From Naegleria gruberi (taxonomy: Eukaryota): a DNA stretch of 64,000 nt. The notes under the pieces were generated by a model. The model was not told the DNA's origin. It saw only the letters and a list, made by a program, of their open reading frames with translations, and ran no database searches. Shown here one piece after another: positions 12,801 to 20,520 of the stretch. Numbering within the stretch: the stretch's first letter is position 1; each line of letters opens with the position of its first letter. A program made the translations under genes and the position numbers. The stretch lies in assembly GCA_000004985.1 (NCBI GenBank), contig GG738875.1; one strand, given 5' to 3'.

Positions 12801-14392
12801 ACTGTATACTTATTTTCCAATTCAGTTTGAAGAGATTCTCTTTTCAGAATTGATTTAAACTTTTTAAGAACTTCTAAAGCTTGTTCACTGCTTGAAATAT
12901 TTTCAAACCATGTATTGATGAAAACCTGTAAGTATTGTTCAAGGTGAACAACTTTCTTGTTAAAAGCCATATATTCCTTATCGAAAGCATTTCTTTGATA
13001 ATCAAGAAGATTGGATGATTTTCTCTTAATTTCATCAACATATCCGAAAAATTGAGAAATAAGTTCATCCATACCTTCAATGTTATTACTCTTTAGTGAA
13101 TGGAATTGATCAATTGTCAAAAACAATTCAATAAGGGTTTCTATTCTTCTACAGAATAATCTCAATTTACCAAAGATTTTCAATTCATCAAAATCAAATT
13201 CTCTTCCCTTAGTTTGTTGAAGCTTAGACTTTTCAGCAAAATAACATCTTTCATATTCTTCTTTCAAGTCAATACAAGTCTTCAAACCTGATAATAATTC
13301 AGTAGTGTCTTGATCCCAAAGACGTCCTCTGTTCTCAATGTTATATTTACAGTTTTGAATGATTTGAAGACTGATCATAACCAATAATTTCTCCATCTTT
13401 TCCTTTGAACTATAATATTTAGCTATATTATACATCATACTAATATTCTTAATTAAACTTGGTAAGATTTCAATAATATGGGATGGAAGGGAGGAATACA
13501 AAGGCTCAATATATTTTTCTAATGATGTTAAATATTTAACATTGTCCTTTGCTTCGTTAATGGCATCTGTTAATGCAATATCACAATCGGCCCATTCTTG
13601 TGGCATTGAATACAGTTTCAAAGCGGAAAGAATTGCCTTATATTCTTCTCTCTTTAATTGTTCCATTACACTGTTCAATTTTAAGTATCTATTCTTCCAG
13701 TGTTCAATTTCTGCTGTTGGACCTAGTTCGTTATCTGTTAACTTATTGTCTTCAATCACTCTTTGAATCTCTTGAACCCATATCTTTACCAAATTATCGT
13801 AATAGTTCATCAGATTAATGTTTTCTTTAGCCTCCATAATTGCTGTTGGATTGTTTGGGATAAGTCTTTCTTGTGGAGGTCTTGTGAGTGTAATTGTTGG
13901 TGATTTTGATGTAAGAGCTTCTCCTAGTTTATCCGACATTCTCTTTGTTGTTTGTAAGAACTCTTTTGCTTGTTCTGAAGATGATTTACCCCAATCCATT
14001 TCCTCTGCACTGAACAGTGGAATGTAAACTTGGCCAAAGACTGTGTGTAAATTGTCTATCACATTTCCTTCAATAACACCACAAACAAGTGAATCAACAA
14101 TTTGAGCTTCTTTTGCAGGTACTGCTGCATTATTTCTTCTAAGAATATACAATACTTTTGGTGCCTTGTAAGGAAGATCGCTTGTTGTAGTTTTTAAAGA
14201 GAGGATGAATTCCCTGTTTTTTTCCACTACCGAAATCAAAAGAACATGGCATTGTTCATCTCCGTTCATAAAAGTATCGATACTCTTTTCATTTTCCTCT
14301 AGAAATTGTTGTATTTGAAGGGCCTTAACCTGAGGGAAGGACTCTTCAACTCTATCAGAAACGTATTTAGCTCGAGTATCCCTTATGACCAT
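890..14392 (-). CDS. Axonemal dynein heavy chain of about 4,500 aa (two-headed, outer-arm or I1-like); single exon
   Basis: A continuous 13.5-kb ORF. AAA1 P-loop GPAGTGKTETVKDLGRTLG...FNCSDQMDY...WGCFDEFNRI. Further P-loops: GAASSGKS (AAA2), GGSGTAKT (AAA3), GVGGSGKQ (AAA4). Coiled-coil stalk and the C-terminal domain are present. Start chosen at the ATG 14392 (aaaacaATGgtc, MVIRDTRAKYV...). The track's 14476 start is a TTG inside an A-rich leader. Confidence 0.88.
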   Translation of the reverse strand: MVIRDTRAKYVSDRVEESFPQVKALQIQQFLEENEKSIDTFMNGDEQCHVLLISVVEKNREFILSLKTTTSDLPYKAPKVLYILRRNNAAVPAKEAQIVDSLVCGVIEGNVIDNLHTVFGQVYIPLFSAEEMDWGKSSSEQAKEFLQTTKRMSDKLGEALTSKSPTITLTRPPQERLIPNNPTAIMEAKENINLMNYYDNLVKIWVQEIQRVIEDNKLTDNELGPTAEIEHWKNRYLKLNSVMEQLKREEYKAILSALKLYSMPQEWADCDIALTDAINEAKDNVKYLTSLEKYIEPLYSSLPSHIIEILPSLIKNISMMYNIAKYYSSKEKMEKLLVMISLQIIQNCKYNIENRGRLWDQDTTELLSGLKTCIDLKEEYERCYFAEKSKLQQTKGREFDFDELKIFGKLRLFCRRIETLIELFLTIDQFHSLKSNNIEGMDELISQFFGYVDEIKRKSSNLLDYQRNAFDKEYMAFNKKVVHLEQYLQVFINTWFENISSSEQALEVLKKFKSILKRESLQTELENKYTVIFHNYGFQLDNIQKLYEKFKVKPPLVRNAPPVAGKVIWCRQLMRRIEEPMTKFQQIPTIMQSKESKKIIKTYNKVLMGLIKFETSWLEAWKKYVEKAKDGLLATLIIKVEDRLFVNFDIEIIQLIREAKWLMRLGVEIPDVGKTVLLQEQKYKGYYNELSFVLKERARILSMVKDDVKPLLEPHIDELEKKIDPGVTTLSWTSMNISVYLKRIHKTLEKLEDVLLKVNDIIDGRIDKNLKDISNTGFFLLPEREDSTLEQIVDTQDKYSKELSEQLNNKSIEIERAVEDILEVISGFPFEETKLTITPDLLTRLKEFYHRTILENLLNSVVKSLHYFRSRTRKDTHGDPIFKIGFELAAPDVILKPNLEEIQESIDRVVQSVLGSPKAIQPWRCKPEIHFNREVSRDCDVIRLVMTSSGACALLQKEIKQFMAKYEKYSYLWKEDKQTAYKKFVDKCVDKKPTLDDFEKELNKYTVLENEIGQMETSSIVGPFFLDAEGLKNSILQLVIQWKVQYANNLHESAKEELNNYLTMMDESTKRLSQEIANLEDLRFVMGTVMDIRSREAMIEYDFSKIADRYSILKKYSVNVPKEEIDEVYDLAFKWEKLTRLASKVNETISKVQSGFKTRLISEVKLFKTDVEQFCKDFTLNGPAVPDIAPEEARERLNKFQRLYAERERKYEVYREGEKLFGLPMQEYPDLAKMKKMLKLYDTLYDLYIKVKKQVGSYGELLWSELDFQAITDEVNKFATKCNSLKKAAKGIEAYENLRQTIEDFLELQPLLDQLKNPSMRERHWERLEALTKKQFKKEDDVFKLKDILEANLLACKEEVEDVCNSARKELEIEDKLKKLTEEWKDRELSFAEYKHRGPIILKGAETQELMEQLEEAQMNLGGIMGSKYLEPFRELASGWMQKLTSVTENIQAWRQVQAQWLYLEPVFASGDIKRQLPHEDKKFSHIDKNWVKILQKAVATPNVIRFCFDNEMLKMLPALKISLEECQKALAGYLEQKRDIFPRFYFNSDTALLEILSQSSDPHAIQPALITIFDSISKVTFDARQDNKILSMQSPEGEIVPLNDAVVAAGNVEDWLQKLEEEMQRTLRFIVRDAAEECNTMSLTSFIEKYPAQVTILGIQFVWTVQCENALNSAKSDKRAMSNTHAKISTILDELTTLTTRELTPLERTKVETLITIQVHQRDVFGELLRDRVKDTINFDWQKQARFYWKPDQDTCIVSIADIDQEYCYEYLGCKERLVITPLTDRCYLTLSQAIGLKLGGAPAGPAGTGKTETVKDLGRTLGKYVVVFNCSDQMDYRAMGKIFRGLAQSGSWGCFDEFNRIELEVLSVVAQQVQSILSTLRDGKKKFVFTDGKPCKLNDKTAMFITMNPGYQGRQELPENLKVLFRGVTMMVPDRRIIIRVKLAAAGYKKNEPLSKKFDVLYRLCEQQLSKQAHYDFGLRNILSVLRTAGETMRANIGKSEHFLLMRTLRDMNTSKLVAEDVSLFNSLVEDLFPSIVAEKRRFPELEKQLEQQIKQNGFENHGPWVEKVIQLYETCLVRHGIMVVGAASSGKSACYSILLKTLSVLNPEKTYKQLRMNPKAITANQMFGKLDVVANEWTDGIFSDLWKQANKQRKQHIWINCDGPVDAIWIENLNTVLDDNKLLTLANGDRLAMSPDVKMCFEVENLNNASPATVSRAGQIYISESVLGWAPVLESRLKGYAGRVNETISTGDSVPVAPFKEEETTIVRTLFTTHIDNGVDYIKKELKSVMNVVRVNQVMTCFSIITQLIQEHSNKGEIKLDKQHIEMLFWYSFAWSIGGLLESKARKQFSDYIKSKATIFPTDMGEDENIYDFFVDPASKKWKNWKAVIPAWNYPENDVLEFSTLYVPTSDSVRTTYIIELLAKQKRDILFTGGSGTAKTVTIENYLYNLDPETMMYKKINFSSATTHNIFQFTIQDNIEKRFRVYGPPQNKKMVVFVDDINMPEINAWGDQVTNEIVRQLVEEKGFYSLTKIGEFIHIEDLQFIAAMSHPGGGKNDIPERLKRHFSILNITLPTVASIDQIFGSVIRGRYNTTRFSDEMVKLASSITPATIEFWRMTQDKMLPTPKKFHYIFNLRDLSRVYQGLMNCPSDVVKTPQILMGLWKHECGRVFSDRLNDVKDKIWFDDSIVKTAEKYFGRELAKVDNYYFVNFLRDPIVDEDTDEVVEEAPKIYEPIESIESLRQRVEGFMKNYNGERKHIKKLDLVLFDMALKHLVRISRILSMPRGNALLVGVGGSGKQSLTRLSSFIAGYEIKQIVLHKTYNANNFFEDLREMFKLAGLQGKPVSFIFTDNEIKDETFLEYINSILSSGEVSGLFMKEEIDSIINDLRMVAKRLYPTTIGRNDTYDNLYRFFINRVRDNLHIVLCFSPVSEKFRSRALKFPALISGCSVNWFFPWPEEALTSVAKKFLDDYEIHCTPEVKKSLIKHMAAVHNKINEVASEYFQRFRRAVHTTPKSYLSFIQLYKDVYRAKYAEIDKEAKNVAMGLSKLHEAKEDVEKLQIELKIKEKKLDEAKLKAEEIMKEVSESKTKTLAKKTEVEKEKDIIEKEHNLVEIQKKEALADLEKAKPALERAEKAVASIQPKDIQTVKAYTVPAQAIKTVFDGVLILRQFPINDVKIINDEKLGAIIEDSYSNAQKMTADAGFLKGIQQFKQDEITDETVELLMPYINYSFFTYDIIKSSSSAASNLCTWVRAMAEYHNVEKEVRPKRERLREAEETLAIATAQLNKKMEELNKVIAEFEEKQRVFEEETRKKELLEEDAEKTRKFMEQATSLISSLGGESERWGIQSKQFSDRLRKLTGDVALACAFISYCGPFNSEFRKILLSKCFYADCKEKDIPVTEEDKNEKKDKIVDLLTTEAQIGAWNLEGLPTDSHSIQNAIMLTKSSKWALLVDPQGQGLAWLKKKFEKQGLLIVRLTDKYFRNQLEDAISNGRPLIIENVEEEIDPMLDPLLEKSFVMTGKQKQIIIQDKAIDYDDGFKLFLTTKIANPNFTPELFAKCNIIDFTVTMKGLEQQLLGYVIQQEKAELEEQREKILEDINGNQQVMADLEAQLLSKLSEESDKSLIEDEVLIAVLAQTKKQAAEIKEKLVNAKDTEERINKARMEYEDVAIRGSVLYFLIVEMSLVNPMYQTSLNQFLILFDRGIKTAAPAPVASQRIINIKESCTFIIYRYTSRGLFKRHKFLFLLLLTCKIQLREGKLDFEQFSTLLRGGSLLDLSKVRQKVDWLPDVNWLNVMSLFSIETFKQLPEKMHKNDKLWKKFYDEEKPEETKVPEYSNLTDFEKLLLIRSLREDRTILAAMQYIRSALGQKYLDVVPINLDNVWKESDNKTPFVCLLSPGSDPTSAIEGLARHHKKDVLAISMGQGQEPRATEYIQTGFSTGSWVLLQNCHLGLKFISLIEDMIKNAENIHPDFRIWVTSEPHPKFPIGLLQTSIKLTLEGDVGVKAGMKNAFEWVTQDMLDASKRPEWKPLIYTMCFLSSVVSERKKFGYLGWNIPYEFNFADLSASLMFMQNHFASIGDDIKKGSISWPTIRYMICDVHYGGKITDERDRQLFKTYGEKWLSPDVAKVEFKFYDGYTIPFVSAEKVITEVDKEQFVEFIEKQIPQIDNPEVFGLHPNADINYRTDESKSVLSTILDVQPKESAGGAGETREDNVFKKADEFLKGLPPDFKRDMVDSEIKKQGGFDRNSLNVFLSQEIDRLQKLIGMVRADLTNLKLAIDGAIIMSAGLSDILNNIYDGRVPDIWKKFSWESQTIGLWFNELDTRHDQLFKWLTEGRPNSFKLTGFYNPQGFLTAVQQEVARARGWALDDVVLKTEVTKMEEKDVIEPPSEGVYIHGLSLEGAGWDKASARLTESLPKILTCKLPVIHISAFAKDSNVAAANDKNKEKEKKKNSYTCPVYRNKNRSDLTFIFNVELNCLEDKSKWKLRGVALLGSTQ

Positions 14393-14811
14393 TGTTTTAT
14401 TTTTTTTTAAATTGTAGTTTTTTCTTGTAGGTAATACAACGAAGAATTGGCTGTTTTGGCGCGCAATTCTGCTCAAATTTCTGCTGTAGCTTTCTCACCT
14501 GAGACAACCCTTTTGAACTTTATGAGTCAAACAATAACGTGGTTTGATGTGGGTGTATTTCGAATTGTCAGCTTCATCATTTTCTATTTGATTTCAAAGA
14601 TTAAGGGTGACATCCTTGAAATAAATTATTTCATCATCCAAATATGTCAAAAAGATCCAAGTGTAAATGTTCGTTACCGAATGCATTGATCCGAAATCGT
14701 TACGTATTAAAACAAACTGGAAATCAATAATAGAACTGGACTAACCGTTTCTCAATAAAAACTCAACAAAAAAAAATCGTAAATTATTATCTGTAGCATC
14801 ATTAATGAAAA
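14393..14811. promoter_or_regulatory. Divergent intergenic region between the dynein heavy chain (minus) and the STPGR gene (plus); putative bidirectional promoter
   Basis: A 419-bp AT-rich spacer between two divergently oriented start codons. Both ATGs are preceded by A-runs. No convincing ORF lies inside (the 14447 + ORF starts at TTG). Confidence 0.3.
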
Positions 14812-16473
14812 ATGAGCATAACGAGTGATGTGATTGATGCTGAATCTCTCTTATCGGATGAAGTCTTCGAGAATGAAACAATGAAAAGGGAAATAGAAGA
14901 GGGCAGATTAATTCCTGACCCTCTTAATGCTTCTCTAATTTCTGACAATCTTATGGACCTTAATAATACTAACAGCACAATTAGAAGACAACACCGTTCA
15001 TCATCAAGACAAAAATCCTTCAATTCTTCAATTAACCGATCAAGTATATCAAGAGCAGCAACACCTTCTATACACTCATTTCCGAGTAGATTTTCTGTTG
15101 AGAGTCCTGTTATTTCGTTTTCAAAAGGAGAACGTAAATACACCTATCTAAATCAAAGAGTTGACACTCCTGGTCCAATATATGAATCCATTCCAAAATC
15201 TGTGTCATCAAGCTTCTCCTTCCCAAAAGGAAAGAGATTTGTTGAAGAAGAATTAAAAATACTCCAACAAGCTCAAAAACCTCCTCCAACTGCCTATAAT
15301 CCAAAAGATCACATCAAGTACAGAACTGATCCATCTTTCAGTTTTGGTTCGAGAACTCCGACCCAAGAATACAGATCAGATTCACCAGGACCAATTTACA
15401 ATCCAACTGATGTTCCTTCAAAGAGATTTTCAAAATCTTCAACAACATTTGGTGCTGGAGAAAGATCTCTTAAAATGAGTGATGGGCGAAGTGGGTCTCC
15501 TCCACCAGGAGCTTATAATCCTTCCTTAATGGATTCTAAAAGGAATATTTCTTTTTCAATTTCAAAGAAAGAAGGTAGGTTTTAAATGAGGTTTAAAACA
15601 AAACATTTTTTAGAAAATTATATTTACTTTGGAGATAAATTAAGTGCAAATAAGGAGGTGAGTATTAATTGGAATTTATTTATTAAAGAAAATGAATAGT
15701 CAATGAGAGTACCTGGACCAGTTTATGATCCATCCTATCGATTGTCAATTACATCATCACCTTCATTCTCTTTTGGAAGAAGAACACCACTGCCCAGTGA
15801 TCAAGTACTTCTTGAACATCCTGGGTTAACAGATTACAACAAACAATTCGTTTCTCATTCTTTTTCCCTTCAGGGCAAAGATAGAGAAGTTGACCCAAAT
15901 ATTACATATAATGCTCCAAGAGCAAGATTTTTGGGAGATCAATTTTTGAACGAGAACCTGGGAAGAGCATCTCCAGGACCAAAGTATAATATAACTCAAA
16001 GTTTTGTCATTCCATCCAAGAGACATGTTGAGGAAGATCACATCCTGACATTCAAAGCTAAAGAAAAGAAAAAGAAGGACAAACCGATTCCTACACAAGT
16101 TTATCCTGGTTATAGTATTTCCAAGGCTTCTGCTCAAATTACTGAAAGTCCTGGGTGTGTTTACACTCCAAAAACAGATTTCTCGTCACGAGTCCCAAGA
16201 GTATGCAGCCCTGTAATGAAAGTAGCAAAACCAGTGGATAACAGAAAAGCTCCTGAAATTTATCCTCAATTAAGAAATCCAAATCTTACAGCACTTTCAA
16301 ATGTCCCAACTTCAACAGTACCAAAGTTCATAAGAACTGGAAATACTGTTGGTGTTAGAACTCCTCCTCTGATTTCCCATTCTCCTGGTCCAGTTTATAA
16401 AGTTGACTGGGAATCATTGGAAAAGAATGCAAAGAAAGGTTTACCTGGAGGTAAGTTTGGAGGCCTTTCGTAA
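14812..16473 (+). CDS. Flagellar STPGR / ODF3 (SHIPPO)-like sperm-tail PG-rich repeat protein. Proposed model: join(14812..15574,15614..15657,15700..16473), about 526 aa
   Basis: Two adjacent same-strand ORFs both carry repeated SPGPxY / PGPGAY / SFSFG motifs typical of STPGR (ODF3/SHIPPO) proteins. No single intron joins them in frame. A GTAGGT donor at 15575, a 44-nt micro-exon (ENYIYFGDKLSANKE), a GTGAGT donor at 15658 and an aatAG acceptor at 15698-15699 do join them in frame. Alternative reading: two tandem genes (14812..15585 and 15703..16473). Confidence 0.55.
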
Positions 16474-16623
16474 TAAATTTCTTTTTGATTCTCACTATTA
16501 TTTTTCTAAAAACATTCCTCTTCGACGAATTAGAATATCAACAACCTAATCTAGAAGGTTATTGGAAATCATATTTAAGGTTGTTCGAAGTGCTTAATAA
16601 TTTATTGTTACAATTGATACGAA

Positions 16624-17858
16624 TTACCAGATCACACCCTTTCCAAAAATTACAATAAGGCCAACAACAAGAACAGTGAGCAATATTAAACCAAGAATGA
16701 TCCACATCATTTTTGATCCTGTTTTACGGAGCTTGTTACTCTCTGTTGATCATTCCAATAAAAAATTAAACTTGAACGCAAAAATAAACTTACCTTTGAG
16801 ACTTTCCACACCTCTTTCCACATTGTCCTTTGATGTAATGACATTGGTGTGAATAGTGTCCAACATTGGATCTTGTTCATCTACAAGACTAGAAAAAGAA
16901 TGGAACAAGTGATTCAATTCATGATATTCACTTTGATAAGTTTTCAAATCTTCATACTCTTCCAATGCAATTTTCATTTCTACATTCAAAGTGCTATCTT
17001 GCCAAGAAACAAGAGCATTTTCTTGTAATTCTTGATCAACAGTAGTTTGCTTTTGTTGAGTAGTGTGCAATAATGGTTGATCTTCAGATTGAATTTCTTC
17101 TTCCTCATCAAAGTGATCCATTGGTGTTTGGTGATGGGCAGCAAATTGTTCTTGTTTTTGTTTAGTTTGTTGAGCAATCCATTCCTTATCACGTCTAATA
17201 ACATCCTTAAGAACAGTGATAGTTTTAGTAAGATCATTCTTTACACGATTATATTTAACCATGGTTTCATGTTGAGTATTCATTGAGGATGAATTAGTTT
17301 CAGTGGAAGAACTCAATCCAGATTCCATTAATAATCTGCTTTCATTACCAATCTTTGACCCAATTCTATTGGAAATCTTTTTCAAATCATTAACTTCTGA
17401 TGTGCACCATTGACGAATTGATCTATTAAATTATTTCAATCATTAATATTCATCATTATTTCAATTAGAATATTGAAAAATTCCATATTTCCTTACCTAA
17501 TCTTTTTAGTAATATCATTTCCACCAACACGAAGAGAAACATCACCATGATTAAAAGATGAGTCCGATCCTGAATTATTGTATGAAGAAATGGCCACTTG
17601 TTGTGCTCTCTGATTCGACAATTGTTTGTATTGTTCCACTTGTTTAGACAAGTTAGTAACTCTCAGAACAAACTCCTCAACCGAGTCATTATTTGAACGT
17701 TGGAAGGAGTTGAAGTTTTCATTTTCCTTGCTATTGTTTGTTCCAAGGTTATTGCTGCCTGTTGTGGTGGCGTTTCTTTTTTGTTGATTCAAAGTTTTGG
17801 CGCGTTGATTTGTACTTGCTCCAACACTAGGAACATTTCCCCACGATAAAGAAGACAT
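16624..17858 (-). CDS. Syntaxin-like Qa-SNARE with C-terminal TM anchor. Model: join(complement(17497..17858),complement(16794..17422),complement(16624..16742)), about 369 aa
   Basis: Exon 1 runs from ATG 17858 to ...KKI AG, then GTAAGG. A 74-nt intron spans 17423..17496. Exon 2 carries a heptad SNARE motif (...LVDEQDPMLDTIHTNVITSKDNVERGVESLKG) and ends in G, then GTAAGT. A 51-nt intron spans 16743..16793. Exon 3 encodes ESNKLRKTGSK followed by the TM helix MMWIILGLILLTVLVVGLIVIFG and a stop. The track start at 17385 is a TTG. Confidence 0.55.
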
Positions 17859-18577
17859 GTTGTAGTTGTGGTTGTTCTTTTCCTATGCACGGATAATGAT
17901 GATCAAACAATTTCAAAAAGGTGAGATGATGAAGAAACTGTGTCAGTGATCCAAACCGCCAATTTTTTTTTATGAAATGTTGGTGCTGTCAAACGTCATG
18001 TCTGGTGACTGGCCTTAAAAAACAAGAATGCAAATAAGAGAAGTGGGCAAATGAAGAAATGATTTGAATGAGGAAAACTAAAGGAAAACCCTTTTATAAA
18101 ATGATATCATTGATGATAATATTTCGATTAACCCTCTTTCTTAATTAATAAACTTTCCATCCAGAATTTTCAATAATAGAACTAATAAGTTCCACAGCCT
18201 AATGGCAGAAAAGTTACTTCACAATTCCTATAAAGATTACAACAAAATCGGATCGTTGTTCACATATTTAAAACTCAAAATATCTTATCTAATTAACTGT
18301 GATTGAGTGAAATCAATTCGTATTAATTAAATAAAAATAAATAATTAAAAATGTAAAATATTTAATTAAAATTGTTATTGTTGCTAAATTAAAGTTATTA
18401 TTAATAATACGAAAGTTGTCATCAAGCTCATTAAATTTTAGAATTTAAATTGTGACTTTTTATTTCCCTTTGATAAGGCACTAATAATTAGAGTGTATCC
18501 CTTAGAGAGGTACTATTGAAAACTAAAAGGACATGGTTCAGAGTTGTTTGAAATAAATCTCTCAACTAACTATAAAT

Positions 18578-20059
18578 TTACAAACGAATGCTAGAAGTGA
18601 ACAAACGAGCCCATGAGTAATCAATGAATTCCTTAGTGTAACCAACACCAACAAGAACTGGTTCCTTATCATAGATGTATGTATTGGCAACACGCTTAAC
18701 ATCATCAACAGTGATGGAATCAATTCTAGCGAACATTTCGGCAGCAGATGGTCTTCTGTTGAACAAGAGGGTTTGTCTACCCACTTCTTCCAAAACATTC
18801 TTCAAATTTCCATCATATTGAGATAAAACAGAGAGTTTGAGCAAATTCTTAGCACGTTCCAATTCAGCATTAGTAACCTTATAACAGAGACGAGTCATTT
18901 GTCTAATAATTTCAACCATCAAATAATCAGTATCTTCACCACCATCACTGACGAATTTAACACCGAACAATGATGTATCAGAGTATCCGTGGAGGAATGG
19001 AAGAACTTGTTGAGCCCATCCTTGTTCTCCGATGTATTGAGCCATATTGGAAGCAGCATATTTACCTGGAGTACCTTGAGAAACATCGAAAGCACCCAAG
19101 AGGAATTGAATCAAGTTAATAACAACCATGTCACCAGAGGAGAGACCTGGACCTTGGAAAGCAATAGCACCATGCAAACCGTTAACATCTTCAGTGTCAA
19201 CTCTAACATCTGAACCAATATATTCTGGAGTAGTTTGGTATTCAGCGAGTGGACGTGGAGTCTTAGTAGCACTTTGTAAATGACCAAAGTTTTGTTCGGC
19301 AAGTTTAACAAGAGCTTCATGATCAACATTACCAGTACCAACCAAAACCATTCTTTCAGCTGTATAGAAATCCTTTTGATATTGAATCATTTGTTGACGA
19401 GAAAGTTTCTTAATGTTTTCAACAGGACCAAGAATGCTCAATCCAAGTCCTGAATCAGGGAAAGCGGTTCTATGTAATTCATCATAAACACATTCTTCAA
19501 CACTTTGGCTGACATCCTCAGATTCAAGCAAAATAACACCTCTTTCTTCATTAATATCCTTTTCATCCAATCTGCTATCAAGCAAAATTTCGGACAATGA
19601 ATTTACACTTCTATCAACGTTATTCTTCAAACATTGTATAGTAAAAGCAGTATATTCACGAGATGTATGAGCGTTCAAGAGAGAACCTGTTCTTTCATGT
19701 TCAGCTTCAATAGCAACTTTAGATCTCTTGTTGGTACCCTTGAAGTACATATGTTCCAAAAAGTGAGCAACACCATTGTTGAAAACATTTTCTTGTCTAG
19801 AACCAGCACCGATGAAAACACCAACAGCAGAGGTTTCACCAACTTTTGGTTCAGTTACAACTCTGAAACCATTGTTAAGAACAGTAACACGTGAAGCTGG
19901 AGCCTTTGTCAATTCATATGGTAAATTATATGATGGTTGAACTGAAGATTGGTCCAAAGCAGCAGACTCACGATTAGCTGATGTTGTAGCGAATCCACGA
20001 TGATTGAGGATATTCTTCAAAATTTTTGAGTTGTTCTTCTTTGCGAGCTTTGAGAGCAT
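18578..20059 (-). CDS. Mitochondrial processing peptidase beta subunit (M16 insulinase family), 493 aa
   Basis: Presequence-like N-terminus MLSKLAKKNNSKILKNILNHRGFATT. Inverted zinc motif HFLEH plus a downstream Glu (ERTGSLLNAHTSREYT). Two M16 domains along its length. The ATG sits after an A-run. Confidence 0.85.
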   Translation of the reverse strand: MLSKLAKKNNSKILKNILNHRGFATTSANRESAALDQSSVQPSYNLPYELTKAPASRVTVLNNGFRVVTEPKVGETSAVGVFIGAGSRQENVFNNGVAHFLEHMYFKGTNKRSKVAIEAEHERTGSLLNAHTSREYTAFTIQCLKNNVDRSVNSLSEILLDSRLDEKDINEERGVILLESEDVSQSVEECVYDELHRTAFPDSGLGLSILGPVENIKKLSRQQMIQYQKDFYTAERMVLVGTGNVDHEALVKLAEQNFGHLQSATKTPRPLAEYQTTPEYIGSDVRVDTEDVNGLHGAIAFQGPGLSSGDMVVINLIQFLLGAFDVSQGTPGKYAASNMAQYIGEQGWAQQVLPFLHGYSDTSLFGVKFVSDGGEDTDYLMVEIIRQMTRLCYKVTNAELERAKNLLKLSVLSQYDGNLKNVLEEVGRQTLLFNRRPSAAEMFARIDSITVDDVKRVANTYIYDKEPVLVGVGYTKEFIDYSWARLFTSSIRL

Positions 20060-20318
20060 TTTTTTTGCGAGTTTGACGCCTATATTATTTACAATGGCTA
20101 AATAGTTGACTCACAGACGCATTAGGTTAAAACTCCTGTTGGAAAGAAAGAAATAACATGAGAAGAAATATTAAATTCTACTTTTTTATATATTTGATTG
20201 GTTTTTAAAGATTAAGTATTATATAATAAAGAATATTAAATCTCCGTAATATGTTTTTCATCTAGAAAACATTTACTTCTTCTTCTTCTTTTTCTTAGCT
20301 TCTTCTTCGCTGCTTGAA

Positions 20319-20520
20319 TCAGAATCCGATGAAAGATGATGAGGATGAAGAACTTTCATCATCAGATGATTCTTCCTTTCTCTTTCTCTTCTTTTCTTCT
20401 TCTTCTTCAGCTTCAACCTTCTTTGGCTTCAAGTCAATCTTCTTGCTCTTTGTTTCAGCAACAGTTTCAATCTTCTTGCTTCCACTCTTTGGCTTGAGTT
20501 GATCCATAGCTTCTTGTCTT
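20319..20520. repeat. Low-complexity Lys/Glu/Ser-coding tract (Cbf5 C-terminal tail)
   Basis: Purine/pyrimidine-skewed gaa/aag/tct repeats. They generate a spurious antisense ORF (20314..20502 +). Confidence 0.5.

Noticed and set aside
979-14027. Dozens of 60-110-aa ORFs antisense to or out of frame with the dynein heavy chain genes (also 31904..43885 within the second dynein)
   Set aside because: They are fully contained in the long, well-supported dynein reading frames. They are typical antisense artefacts in AT-rich coding DNA.
14393-14476. Track start of the dynein heavy chain at 14476 (MSRIARQNSQ...)
   Set aside because: The codon at 14474-14476 is TTG on the minus strand, and the segment is an A-rich leader. 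The first true ATG with an A-run context is at 14392.
14447-14689. Plus-strand 80-aa ORF in the divergent promoter region
   Set aside because: It starts at TTG, not ATG. It has no homology and lies inside the bidirectional promoter.
20314-20502. Plus-strand 62-aa ORF
   Set aside because: It is the antisense of the Lys/Glu/Ser-rich Cbf5 tail. A low-complexity artefact.
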